This document shows, one piece after another, positions 22,301-33,999 of a stretch of 64,000 nucleotides of DNA (its first letter is position 1; each line of letters begins with the position of its first letter). Origin of the DNA: Cyanophora paradoxa CCMP329 (lineage: Eukaryota > Plantae > Glaucophyta); NCBI GenBank assembly GCA_004431415.1, contig QPMI01000652.1, positions 1 through 64,000 on the forward strand, read 5' to 3'. Position numbers and translations under genes: made by a program. The notes under the pieces are model-generated. The model ran no database searches and was not told the DNA's origin. It saw only the letters and a program-made list of their open reading frames with translations.

Positions 22301-24795
22301 CGAGGCGCTCGCGTACCCCCTGGGGATGGCGGGGGACATCGTGACGGCGCTCCTCCTCGGCGGCCGCCGCGTCGCCGTCGCCAGCTCGGACCGCCGCACC
22401 CTCTTCCGCACGATGGGCGCCGTCCGCGGCCACCCGGGCCTGCGCGGCGGCGGCGAGCGCGACCTCTACGTCTACGCCGACGCCCGCGCCGAGGAGAGGG
22501 CGCGGGCGCTGGACAAGGGACACGTCTGCCGCGAGGTGCGGCTCTTTGCGTACAACTACGCCATCCACCAGGGGGCCGACTACACGGACCCCGAGCACCC
22601 GTACGACGTCCTCGTCATCGCCGAGTCGGGCCGCACGGGGAGCGTCGTGCAGCTCTGGCAGCTCGCCGGCCGCGTCCGCTGCATCCGCAGCGACCGCGTC
22701 ATCCTCTGCGTCGGCGACGGCGGCGGCGGTCAGGAGGAGGACGAGAAGGCGGCCGAGGAGGAAGGGCGCGGGGGCGAGGGCGGCGACCCCGGGGAGACGG
22801 ACCCGGAGGCGATCCTGGCGGCGCGGGAGCGGGCCCTGGAGGAGACCTGGGGCCGCCGCGGGCTCGCCGGCGACCTCGCCTCGCACGAAATGCGGGCGGC
22901 GCTGCGCGTGCAGGCGCACAAGCTGGCGGTGCTGCGGGCCTCGCGGGCCGACCCGCTGGTGGCCGTCCACATGCGCATGCTCGCCGCCGGCGCCCGCGGC
23001 GTCTTCCTCCCGGGCGGCGCGCAGCCCGCGTGGGACGAGGCGCTGCAGGCCGAGGCCAAGTGGGCCGCGGAGCGGGCCCTCGAGATCGAGATCGTCCTCC
23101 CGCACGCCGCGGCGCCGCCCCTCGCGCCGGGGCGCGAGGAGCGCGTGCAAGAGGCCATGCACGGCCTCGGGGGCGACGTGGACGACGCCTCCGGCGGCGT
23201 CGCCGACGCGGAGCGGCGCGGGTACCGCCTGGGACGCGTCGCCGCCGACTACCGCCTGCGGGAGGAGGAGGTCGGGACCCCCGAGCTCCGCCTCGCCCTG
23301 CGGGCCCGGGACGCGCACCACGCGGCGCTGCGCGGCTACGGGGCCGCCTTTCTGGCGCACATGGAGACGGTGGCGCACGTGCGGGGCCAGGACGGCGGGC
23401 GCAACATCCTCCCCGACGCCCCCGACGAGGCCCACTCGCGCCGCAGCGCCGCCCTCCTCCTCCTCGCCGCCGGCTGCGAGCCGCCCGTGACCCCGTCGGC
23501 CATCCTCTCGCCCCTCCCGGACCCCGACGCGGCGGCGGCGCGGCGGGCCGGCGAGGCGGCGCGCGCGGGGTGCCTCTTTGCAGCGCACCGGCGGGCGCCG
23601 CTCGTCGAGGCGGCCGAGCTGCTCGCGCTGGAGCCGGCGGCGCGGCCGGCCGACCGCCTCGCCGCCCTCGCCGCCGCCGCCGGCGCCGGCAAGGCGGAGC
23701 GCGGGGACCTCGAGCGCCTCGCCGTCCGCCTCGCCGCGGGGCTCGTGGCCCACGCCGCCGCCGCCCTGGGGGCCCGCGTGCGCGCGTTCAAGACGCCGGC
23801 GGTGCGGGCGAGGGCGGGGCCCGGCGGGGGGCGGACCACGATGCGCAGCCGCGACGAGCGCGTCTACGCCGAGGCGCGCATCGCCTGCGGGGCCCGCTGG
23901 GCGTCCAAGGTGGAGCTCGCGCCCAGCGACGCCTGCTGGGACGACTCGGAGGCGGCGGCGGCCGCCGGCGGGGCCGACCCCGCGCCCCTCTGGGCGGCGT
24001 ACGGCGAGGGGTACTCGCCCGAGGGCGGGCACCGCTGGGGCCGCGCCCAGGCCCGCGAGGCGGCCGACCTCGCCAACCTGTGCGCCCTCGTCGCCCTCTC
24101 CTGCCGCCTCGCGTGGGGGGACCGCCCGGAGCGGACGGGGATCCTCCGGCTCCACCCCGAGGCGTACCTGGGGAGCGGGCGCGCCGCCTGCTGGCCGCCG
24201 CGGCCGCCGCGGGGGGCGCCGCCCCGGCCGAGGGGCCGAGGCCGTCGAGGGGCTCGCCGGGGCCGTCGCGGGGCTCGGGCCGGCCGAGCTCGCCGCCGTC
24301 GTGCGCGGCGGGTTCGCCGCCGACGCCCGCCTCGACGCCCTCGCCGCCCGCCTCGCCTCCGAGGCGCGCGAGGCGCAAGAGGCGAGGGCTCTGCGCGACG
24401 CGGCCGACGGGAGGCGGGCCGCCGGCGGGGCGCCGCCGGCGACGGGCGACCCGCGCGTCTCGGCCGAGGCCGTCGCCTGGTTCCTCCGCCGCCTGCACGA
24501 GTCCCGCTCGGACCCGGAGCGCTGCGTGCCGCACCCGCGCTCGCCGGCGCACCTGGTCTTTTTCCCCGAGCGGATCTTTGGCGCCGACGAGCGCCTCCCG
24601 GGGCCCAACGGCGTCGCGGTGCAGCGGGCGGGGCGGGCCTCGGGGCGCGACCTCTGCGTCCGCTGGGTCGACGAGAACAAGGCGCCCGCCCTCGCGATGC
24701 GCCCGGAGCGCATCGGGCCGCGCGGCGGGCAGCACCGCGGCCTCGGCGTGCCCCTCGCCCTCTTTGCCGAGATGGGGGTCGGCGGGCAGCAGTAG
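19308..24795 (+). CDS. AEP primase-polymerase + zinc domain + UL9/origin-binding-protein-type SF2 helicase fusion
   Basis: AEP motifs FDLD (19680) and VFSGLKGFHV (~19902). Zn ligands CLHGRVH...HCFSLAC (20763-20870). Helicase motifs LRGGMGDGKT (~21750), STVESVRRF, VVILDE (Asp 22044), SDADL, YNYAIHQGADY, QLAGRVR (22659). Intronless. A frameshift near 24180-24235 moves the natural C-terminus to the frame ending at 24795. Confidence 0.85.
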
Positions 24796-25029
24796 GCCCC
24801 GGCCCGAAGAGCGCGGGGGGGTAGGCGAGCGAGCTTGTGGGATGCGTGTTACAAGAAATTGAACCGGGCCGCGCGCCCTCGCGGCCGAGGGGCGGATCGA
24901 GACGAGGGGGGGGGGGGGGATGGAGATAGGGGGGAGGGGGGGGGAGGGAAAGAGGGGGGGGAGGGGGGCAGGGGGACGAAAGGGGTGGAAAGAGAGAGGA
25001 AGGATAGGCTTGGGGAGCGGGGGCGGCGG

Positions 25030-28000
25030 GGGGTACGGAAGGGGGCCGGGCCTCGCCCCTCGAAGCTCGCCTGGTCGATTCCGGCAACGGCGCCTGTACC
25101 CCTGGGAGGGCCCATGGGCCCTGCCGTGAGCTTGGGCGAGCGGCGGGGGGGCGGGGCGGGGCGGGGGGTACGGTCGGACCGAGCCTCGCCCCTGATGGCC
25201 CGCCTGGGCGATTCCGGCTACGGCGCCTGTACCCCTGGGCGGGCCCAGGGGCTCGTCGGTGAGGCGGGGCGAGCGGCGGCCGCGGGGAGCGGGCAGAGTG
25301 CGGCGTACGGGCGGACCAAGCCTCGCCCCTGATGGCCCGCCTGGTCGATTCCGGCTACGGTGCCTGTACCCCTGGGAGGGCCCGTGAGCTCTTCGGTGAG
25401 GCGGGGCGAGCGGCGGCCGCGGGAGCGGAGAGAGTGGGGGGTAACGGACGGACCGAGCCTCGCCCCCTGGTAGCCCGCCTGGTCGATTCCGGCTACGGCG
25501 CCTGTACCCCTGGGCGGGCCCGTGAGCTCTTCGGCGAGACGGGGCGAGCGGCGGTCGCGGGGAGCGGGCAGAGTGGGGGGTACGGACGGACCGAGCCTCG
25601 CCCCTGATGGCCCGCCTGGTCGATTCCGGCTACGGCGCCTGTACCCCTGGGCAGGACCGTTGGCTCTTTGGTGAGACGGGGCGAGCGGTGGCCGCGGGGA
25701 GCGGGCAGAGTGGGGGGTACGGACGGACCGAGCCTCGCCCCTGATAGCCCGCCTGGTCGATTCCGGCTACGGCGCCTGTACCCCTGGGCGGGCCCGTGAG
25801 CTCTTCGGTGAGACGGGGCGAGCGGCGGTCGCGGGGAGCGGGCAGAGTGGGGGGTACCGACGGACCGAGCCTCGCCCCTGATAGCCCGCCTGGTCGATTC
25901 CGGCTACGGCGCCTGTACCCCTGGGCGGGCCCGTGAGCTCTTCGGTGAGACGGAGCGAGCGGCGGGGAGCGGAGGGAGTAGGGGGTACGGGCGGACCGAG
26001 CCTCGCCCCCTGATGGCCCGCCTGGTCGATTCCGGCTACGGCGCCTGTACCCCTGGGCGGGCCCGTGAGCTCTTCGGCGAGACGAGGCGAGCGGCGGGGA
26101 GCGGGCAGAGTGGGGGGTACGGACGGACCGAGCCTCGCCTCTGATAGCCCGCCTGGTCGATTCCGGCTACGGCGCCTGTACCCCTGGGCAGGACCGTTAG
26201 CTCTTCGGTGAGACGGGGCGAGCGGCGACCGCGGGGAGCGGGCAGAGTGGGGGGTAACGGACGGACCGAGCCTCGCCCCTGATAGCCCGCCTGGTCGATT
26301 CCGGCTACGGCGCCTGTACCCCTGAGCGGGCCCGGGGGCTCGGCGGTGAGACGGGGCGAGCGGCGACCGCGGGGAGCGGGCAGAGTGGGGGGTACCGACG
26401 GACCGAGCCTCGCCCCTGATAGCCCGCCTGGTCGATTCCGGCTACGGCGCCTGTACCCCTGGGCGGGCCCGTGAGCTCTTCGGTGAGACGAGGCGAGCGG
26501 CGGGGAGCGGGCAGAGTGCGGCGTACGGACGGACCGAGCCTCGCCCCTGATAGCCCGCCTGGTCGATTCCGGCTACGGCGCCTGTACCCCTGGGCGGGCC
26601 CGGGGGCTCGGCGGTGAGACGGGGCGAGCGGCGGTCGCGGGGAGCGGGCAGAGTGGGGGGTACCGACGGACCGAGCCTCGCCCCTGATAGCCCGCCTGGT
26701 CGATTCCGGCTACGGCGCCTGTACCCCTGGGCGGGCCCGTGAGCTCTTCGGTGAGACGAGGCGAGCGGCGGGGAGCGGGCAGAGTGCGGCGTACGGACGG
26801 ACCGAGCCTCGCCCCTGATAGCCCGCCTGGTCGATTCCGGCTACGGCGCCTGTACCCCTGGGCGGGCCCGTGAGCTCTTCGGTGAGACCCTCAAGAGAAG
26901 AGGCAGTGAGGGCGAGCGAGGGCGGGGGCGCACGAGGGGGTGCGAGAGGCCTAGGGGGTACACACGCCGTAGCCGGAATCAACCAGGCCGCCCCTACTGC
27001 GAGCCAGATGCTGCCGGCCGCACGGGGGGAAGAGTGAGCGAGGGCGGGGGGGCAAGGGAGGGGCGGGAGGCTCAATGGGGGGTACACACGCCGTAGCCGG
27101 AATCGACCAGGCCGCCCCTACTGCGAGCCAGATGCTGCCGGCCGCACGGGGGGCAGGGTGAGCGAGGGCGGGGGGGCAAGGGAGGGGCGGGAGGCTCAGA
27201 GGGGGGTACACACGCCGTAGCCGGAATCGACCAGGCCGCCCCTACTGCGAGCCAGATGCTGCCGGCCGCACGGGGGGCAGGGTGAGCGAGGGCGGGGGGG
27301 CGAGGGAGGGGCGGGAGGCTCAGTGGGGGGGTACACACGCCGTAGCCGGAATCGACCAGGCCGCCCCCTACTGCGAGCCAGATGCTGCCGGCCGCACGGG
27401 GGGCAGGGTGAGCGAGGGCGGGGGGGCGAGGGAGGGGCGGGAGGCTCAGTGGGGGGGTACACACGCCGTAGCCGGAATCGACCAGGCCGCCCCTACTGGG
27501 AGCCAGCTGCTGCCGGCCGCACGGGGGGCAGGGTGAGCGAGGGCGGGGGGGCGAGGGAGGGGCGGGAGGCTCAGTGGGGGGGTACACACGCCGTAGCCGG
27601 AATCGACCAGGCCGCCCCTACTGCGAGCCAGCTGCTGCCGGCCGCACGGGGGGCAGGGTGAGCGAGGGCGGGGGGGCGGGGGAGGGGCGGGAGGCTCAGT
27701 GGGGGGTACACACGCCGTAGCCGGAATCGACCAGGCCGCCCCTTCTGCGAGCCAGATGCTGCCGGCCGCACGGGGGGCAGGGTGAGCGAGGGCGGGGGGG
27801 CGAGGGAGGGGCGGGAGGCTCAGAGGGGGGTACACACGCCGTAGCCGGAATCGACCAGGCCGCCCCTACTGCGAGCCAGATGCTGCCGGCCGCACGGGGG
27901 GCAGGGTGAGCGAGGGCGGGGGGGCGAGGGAGGGGCGGGAGGCTCAGTGGGGGGGTACACACGCCGTAGCCGGAATCGACCAGGCCGCCCCTACTGCGAG

Positions 28001-28360
28001 CCAGCTGCTGCCGGCCGCACGGGGGGCAGAGTGAGCGAGGGCGGGGGGGCGGGGGAGGGGCGGGAGGCTCAGTGGGGGGTACACACGCCGTAGCCGGAAT
28101 CGACCAGGCCGCCCCCTACTGGGAGCCAGCTGCTGCCGGCCGCACGGGGGGCAGGGTGAGCGAGGGCGGGGGGGCGAGGGAGGGGCGGGAGGCTCAGTGG
28201 GGGGGTACACACGCCGTAGCCGGAATCGACCAGGCCGCCCCTACTGCGAGCCAGCTGCTGCCGGCCGCACGGGGGCAGGGTGAGCGAGGGCGGGGGGTCG
28301 GGGGAGGGGCGGGAGGCTCAGTGGGGGGTACACACGCCGTAGCCGGAATCGACCAGGCCG
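25030..28360. repeat. Head-to-head core array 2 (14 A units on +, 12 B units on -)
   Basis: A cores 25069...26825 (period 131-138); reverse B cores 26955...28325 (period about 124). Confidence 0.95.
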
Positions 28361-29345
28361 CCCCCTACTGCGAGCCAGCTGCTGCGAGAGGGTACGCGCC
28401 GCCGAGCGAGCGAGGGGGATGTCGGCGGCAGGGCCCGGGCGGGGGCGGGGGGAAAAGGAGGGGCGGGGGGTACACAAGCCGCACCAGGGACCGGCCGCGA
28501 CGCCTAGGCCTGCGCTGCAGCCGAGATGCGCCTCGCGGCTTCGCAACGCGGGGCGGCCCGCGCCCGGGGCGTGCGACGACGCCGGGAGACGGCGGCCGCC
28601 GAAAAGAGGCGCGCCGGCCGAGCCTCGCTCGACGCGCCCTGCGGGGGGGCGAGGCTGGCGAACCGGGCTCGAGGCGCGGCGGCCCGGCGGCGCGGCAGGA
28701 GAGCGAGGCGCCCGGACCGCGCCAGCGCGGGCGCGGGCGCGCTCGCCGCAGCTGCTCGCCCCCGCACACGCCAGCGCGCTGCGCTCCCGGCGCCGCCCCG
28801 CCGCCCTGCGCCCCGGAGGATGAGCGCCCCGCTCGCGCTGGCGCGGAACGAGCCCTCTGCTTGCGCGGGCGGCCCGGCTGGCCGGCGGATGCGTGTGGCG
28901 GTGCGGCGCGGCCGCGGCGCGGCGGCGGTCCATAGCTAGGCGGAGCGGGGCGCCGGCGGGCGTGGGGCGCCGGCTCCCGGTGCCCTCGGCTAAGACGACC
29001 GGCGCCGGCATCCCGCCGGCCGGCCCTCGCGGGCGCGAGCCGCGCGCATCGCACCTGTTCGAGGCGCGCTCCGCGCCGGGGCGTCTCCTGAACCGCCCGG
29101 CCGGTCCTCGGAACGCGCAGCTGGTCCTGGAGCTACATGGACGGTGCAGAGGCGTCGCGCTGGCCGCGGCGCCGCGCGGCGCCGGCCGCGGACGAGAACT
29201 ACATGCCAAAGGTCGCCGGGACGGCAGGACCGGCTCCGCGAGCGATCTACTGTACTCGGGAGCTCCAGAGCTCACGGGGGCGTCGCGGGGCCCGCGGCCG
29301 CCGGCGCCCCGCATGCAGCGTTTTTTCGGGGCCAGTTTGCAACGT

Positions 29346-29373
29346 TTCGATCGTGCGACATCGCACGATCGAA
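29346..29373. repeat. Perfect inverted repeat TTCGATCGTGCGA-CA-TCGCACGATCGAA
   Basis: 13-bp arms with a 2-nt centre; a 19/21 related copy lies at 44215-44235. Confidence 0.8.
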
Positions 29374-30597
29374 TTTCAACAGCACGCCACGCCGCGTGAG
29401 GGCCCTCCGGGGCCTTCCCTAGCCCTTGTGGAGCCCTAGAGTCACGTCGGCGCACGCGCGCCCCGCTCGCGCGCGCCGCAGCTGCAGTGCGCGTGCATCC
29501 GTACGCGCGCGCGACGTCGACCGAGTCGCGCATCGAAAGCCGTTTCAACCTGGCTCTGCCAACGAACCCAGAGTTTACGGGCCTTGTGACGTGCGCATCT
29601 GGATGCCTTGCGTACCGGCAGCCTCACCTGTTGACCCGCACGCGCGGGCGCGGCCTAGGCCTAGGTGGCCGAACCATATGCATATGCATGTGCATGCCGA
29701 TCGACGATGGCCGGGACTCGGGAGGAGCGCCCACCTCGTGTGCCGCCGCTCGGGGTCCTGATCCATCACACTCTTAATATAAGCTTATAGCTAGCGAAAG
29801 TTTAAAGCTGCAGCTCGAGCTCGCAAGCATATGCATCCCGACCGGCCTACAGCGCTAGCTATAGCTCTAGATCTAGAGATCTCCACGTACTGTGACATGT
29901 ACATGTACGTGTACATGTGCCGGCCGCGGGGCATGCGCATATGCATGCGCTGCGCATGCCGTCGCACACGCAGGTACCGCCCCCCTGCTCTCCGCACATG
30001 TACGTATACGTATACAGGCGCCGGCATACGTATACGTATACGCCTCGCGTGCGCTCTAGATCTAGATCCGATCCGCGCGCGCATCTCGAGTCTTCGACTA
30101 GTACTTGCAGTAAACGCCCCGCGCGCGCGGCGGCCCGCACCCTGCCGGGCCGGCGGCCACTTGCGCCTACGAGACTCGGAACGGTACGCGCCCGCCGGCC
30201 TTGGCCTTGGCTCCGGATCCTCCCGAATAATAATCCCGATATCGATCCGGCAGCAGGCCCACGCGCACCCCGCCGCCGCCGCGGCCGCCCGCAGCGGCGC
30301 GCCGGGTCGGCGGCGGCCCGCGGGGCCAGGGGCGCCGTGCTTTGAAAGTCTGCGTGCGGTTTGCGATCGGTCCGGCCGCGGGGCCTCGGAGCCACGCGTG
30401 CCACGCGCCCCGGCCCCCCCGGCCCTCGTTCAGTTTGTTTTCTCCGGAATCCTGGAATCGTTTTTTCTCCAGGCCGGCCGGGATTCCTGGACAGCGAGGG
30501 GCCGATAAAAGGGAGCGCCCCGCCCCGTTTTCGGCACTCCCCACCGCCCGTGCACGTGCCGCCCCCCGCCGCCCCCCACCAGTCGCCGAGCATCGAG

Positions 30598-30951
30598 ATG
30601 CACATGCTGCCCGTCAAGGCTCTCCGTACCCCCGCCCCCCCTTGCGCCGGCGCCCGGCGCCCCGCCCCGCGCCCGCCCGCCATCGCCGTCGCCCTCGACG
30701 CCCTGGAGCTCTTTCTGCGAAACGCGCCCCTACCGCCCCCGCCTCCCCCGCCGGCGCCGGCGCCGGCCACCGCCACGCTCAAGCCCGGGCCCACGGCCGG
30801 GCGTCCCGCCGGCGCCGCCCCCGGCCGCCCGCGGCTTTTCAGAAAGGAGATCGTGAAGAAGCGCCGCGTGTGCTGCAGCTTGTGCGGATGCCCGGTGCGC
30901 GCCCGGTCCCCCCCCCCCCCCCCCCCCCCCCCCCCGTTTCTCCAGAAATGA
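30598..30951 (+). CDS. Small Pro-rich protein with basic patch and CxxC motif
   Basis: GGGATTCCT at 30480 and GATAAAAGGG at 30504 upstream; KKRRVCCSLCGC. Confidence 0.5.
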   Translation: MHMLPVKALRTPAPPCAGARRPAPRPPAIAVALDALELFLRNAPLPPPPPPPAPAPATATLKPGPTAGRPAGAAPGRPRLFRKEIVKKRRVCCSLCGCPVRARSPPPPPPPPPFLQK

Positions 30952-31410
30952 AACAAGCATCGCTGACCGCAACGGCTCGCGCAGGGTCGCAACAAGCGGT
31001 CCCACGAGCGAGGCCGGAAGCCTCACGCTTGCTTCTATAATTTCTATGTACAGCCAGCGGCCGGACGGATCGTCCCACGTAGCATGAATAGTATATTTTC
31101 CAAATCTGTATAAGCGGGTGATGAATTTGAATGGTTGTGTCGATTTGAAACGCAACGCAACGACGAGGCTATCGGAGGTAGCGAGTATGCATATGAATGC
31201 CGCGGTCATCGGCTCCTCCTGGGAGCTCGAGCCGTGATCACGATTAGCGTCCGGGATTCCCGTCGGTCGTTTTTGAGAGGGGGCCGGGCCGCGGCCGGGA
31301 ATCCCGCGCCGCGCCAGCCCATGGCCATGCCCACAAAATGGGAGCGGGCCCGAGGTGCAGCGTCATTTGCGTTTCGCGAAAACTCGGGAGGGGATCGATC
31401 TTGCAATTGG

Positions 31411-31842
31411 ATGTCGACCGCACGTTGCTTCACCCCGCTCGTGCCCATGGACGAGGGCTACGCATACGAGGATGAACTTCAAATGGTAAACGAGCTGGAG
31501 GAGCGCGAGGGCGAGGCACACGCGCTGGCCTTCATCCAGGGCAATTTCGGGCCCGATGGCTACACGTGTACGCTGCTCGGAGATCTAGACGACAAATTCA
31601 AACCCGACGACCTGCGTGCACGTGGCTCGGACGTCGACGTCGACGTGGACGCCGTTTGGAGGGCGAAATTCGAAGCGGGCGAGGGGTGCGCCGGCAAAGG
31701 CGCGCTCCGGACCTCGTGGAGCGCACGGACGTGCGATCGCGAGTGGGATATCGATTCGGATCCGCCCCTCCCGCTTTGTGGCACGCCTGCAGCTATCGTG
31801 GCTATGCCCGAGTGCTATGCAGCCTCGTGGTGGCAGTACTAG
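31411..31842 (+). CDS. Hypothetical acidic protein
   Basis: Promoter motifs at 31253 and 31297; GC3-rich coding-like frame. Start could be 31321. Confidence 0.6.
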   Translation: MSTARCFTPLVPMDEGYAYEDELQMVNELEEREGEAHALAFIQGNFGPDGYTCTLLGDLDDKFKPDDLRARGSDVDVDVDAVWRAKFEAGEGCAGKGALRTSWSARTCDREWDIDSDPPLPLCGTPAAIVAMPECYAASWWQY

Positions 31843-32362
31843 CGTTCACGTTGATGAACAGAGATTCATTTTGTGCACGTGACTCATGACATTGAACGCA
31901 ATCAAAGATCCAGAAAATCCGAGCGACAGGGGGGTTGGCCGCCGTTGGCCGCCGGAGGGTTTCGGGTTTGAAAATCGCATTCGGAGCTCGAATCAGATCG
32001 CGAAGAGGAGCGCTTGCGCTCAACTCACGTCGCAGCCCCCGCAGTGGACGGCGCACGCGCCAGTGGTGCCACCGGGCCGGCGTAGCACGTGGATATATCA
32101 GTGGGAGTTCGACACGCGGTGGTCATATGCATCATCACGTGCGCGCGAGGCCCCGGGCCGGTGCACGTGCCCACACGCTCGAGATCCGGATCGATATCGC
32201 GATCGAGCTCAAGGTCGTGGGTACCGTAGTGCGTAAACGTTGACGGCGCCGCACCGGTACCTGTACATGTTGGGATTCCCGCCTGGGATTCCCGATTGAT
32301 GGGCGCACAAAACTGCGCTGGGCGGTGGGCGGCTCCTCACTCTAGCTCCTGCCACCCGCAGC

Positions 32363-32602
32363 ATGGACAACCGGAACGCCGGCCTCCCCTTCCACACCCT
32401 GATCACCACGACAGGCGACAAGATGTACGCCGTCGCCCCCCCGGGGGCGGCCGCGTCGATGGAGCGACTTTGCCAGGATATCCTCTCCGACCCATTCATC
32501 GCCCGTGGCCTGCGGGCGCTCAACCTGCGCGTCGAATGCAAGCTGACCGTCTCGCCCTCGACGGGCGAGATCATCCTCGTCGCCACCGCCAAGCCGCTCT
32601 AA
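32363..32602 (+). CDS. Hypothetical 79-aa protein
   Basis: Tandem GGGATTCCC at 32272 and 32285; GC3-rich ORF followed by an AT-richer spacer. Confidence 0.6.
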   Translation: MDNRNAGLPFHTLITTTGDKMYAVAPPGAAASMERLCQDILSDPFIARGLRALNLRVECKLTVSPSTGEIILVATAKPL

Positions 32603-32912
32603 TTACGCAGATCTAGATCCTATAGCTAGATATGCATGCATATCTAGATCTCTAGATCTCTGTCCAGCGAGGCATATGCCTAGGTATGCAGGTACATGTT
32701 ATAATCATAATTACAGTACAACGTTTCTGTTTGGCCCCGGCAACGATATATCGATAACTGCAGGCGCTAGCTATAGCGCGTGTCACATATGCATGCACCG
32801 TTGATGATTCGATGATTCGATCTGAAGCTTATAATTACACACAAATTAAAACCTGAAAGCCGGGAACATGCATGCGTAAAAACCTCTGATCGTTGCCCGC
32901 GCAGAGGCCTCC

Positions 32913-33000
32913 TAGGACCGTCTACGTACCCGGCGCGGGGGCGCAGGGGTCAACGTTAGGACCGTCTACGTACCCGGCCCGGGGGCGCAGGGGTCCACGT
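32913..33000. repeat. 44-bp tandem duplication abutting a promoter
   Basis: TAGGACCGTCTACGTACCCGGC... at 32913 and 32957. Confidence 0.85.
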
Positions 33001-33144
33001 TGGGAATCCCGGCGTCGACGCGGGGGTCGCGATCGGCCATGGCCATGGGAATCCCGGCGTCGGCAGACCGATAAAAGGGGTGGTCCATCGCACCATCCGT
33101 GCAGACTCCATTTTCGCAGAAAAGGGGCGTCAATCAGAGAAGCG

Positions 33145-33486
33145 ATGCCGCCGCGCATGCGTACGCCCATCGCCCTCGCGGGCCCCGCGGCCGGCCCGCA
33201 GCTGAGCGAGATGCACGGCGCCGGCGCGACGGCGACGCGGGCTGAAGACGTAGAGGCGGTCTTTCTCGCAGGCGTCGACTACGAGACGCTCGAAGATCTG
33301 GTCGCAGTCGAGGCGTCGGTGACGTGGGAGCACATCGTGGAGCTTGGAGTCAGATTCATCGAGGAAGACGACCGAGCCAACGCCGGCAACGTTGACGTGA
33401 ACGGTGCCGACGTCGACGGCGACGGCGGGCTCGACGGTGATCATGAGGACGGGTCCGAAACGGACGCCATGTCGACGTCGCGTTAG
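33145..33486 (+). CDS. Small acidic protein, paralogue of 15501 ORF
   Basis: ASVTWEHIVELGVRFIEEDDR; GGGAATCCC at 33002 and 33047, GATAAAAGGGG at 33070. Confidence 0.7.
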   Translation: MPPRMRTPIALAGPAAGPQLSEMHGAGATATRAEDVEAVFLAGVDYETLEDLVAVEASVTWEHIVELGVRFIEEDDRANAGNVDVNGADVDGDGGLDGDHEDGSETDAMSTSR

Positions 33487-33999
33487 CTACATGTATACGT
33501 ACAGAATGATAGAAACAACGTTTTAACAATAGCAATCGCGCGCGCGCGTGCACGTGGTATGTATATATCGATTCCTTCAGTCATCGATATCGCGCTCGTG
33601 ATATCGATGCGTCGACGTGCGCGTCGAAACCTGCCAGGCCTAGGCTGGCCTGGGTGCATCGGTCGAGTCGGGCACGGGAAGGGGCGTCTATTCGATTTGC
33701 ACGTGTGCGTGCGCGTATACGTAGACCTAGGCGCCGCAATAGCTTCGTGTGATGCAGGGTTTCACTTGGAGAAAATGCACGCGCCGCGCACGCGTACGGT
33801 AGATAATTGCGTTCGCGTACACCGGCGTCTCATGATCACTGGCCATGGAATACATGGACATTGGAATTTGCGATAGTGGCAGGGCGTCACGTTTCGGTTC
33901 ATTTCATGGTACACAAGTACTGTGATTAGAGCAGATCAAGCCACGAGCGATATCAACTTCAATGGAAACCACGGCTAACTATAAAGACACGCGCGAGGT

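Noticed and set aside
18225-24713. 2162-aa minus-strand ORF and many other long Arg/Pro/Gly/Ala-rich ORFs
   Set aside because: Shadow frames of GC-rich genes; no motifs.
25735-25790. tRNA/SINE origin of the repeat (TAGCCCGCCTGG resembles an A box; GGTCGATTCC resembles a B box)
   Set aside because: The boxes overlap rather than being spaced, the B box lacks a T of GGTTCGA, and there is no cloverleaf.
25030-28360. CRISPR array
   Set aside because: Spacers are ~90-130 bp and near-identical to one another, orientation flips mid-array, no cas genes are present, and the context is eukaryotic.
26710-28935. Repeat-encoded peptides (LVDSGYG, AWSIPATA ORFs)
   Set aside because: Translations of the arrays; unit lengths do not preserve frame.
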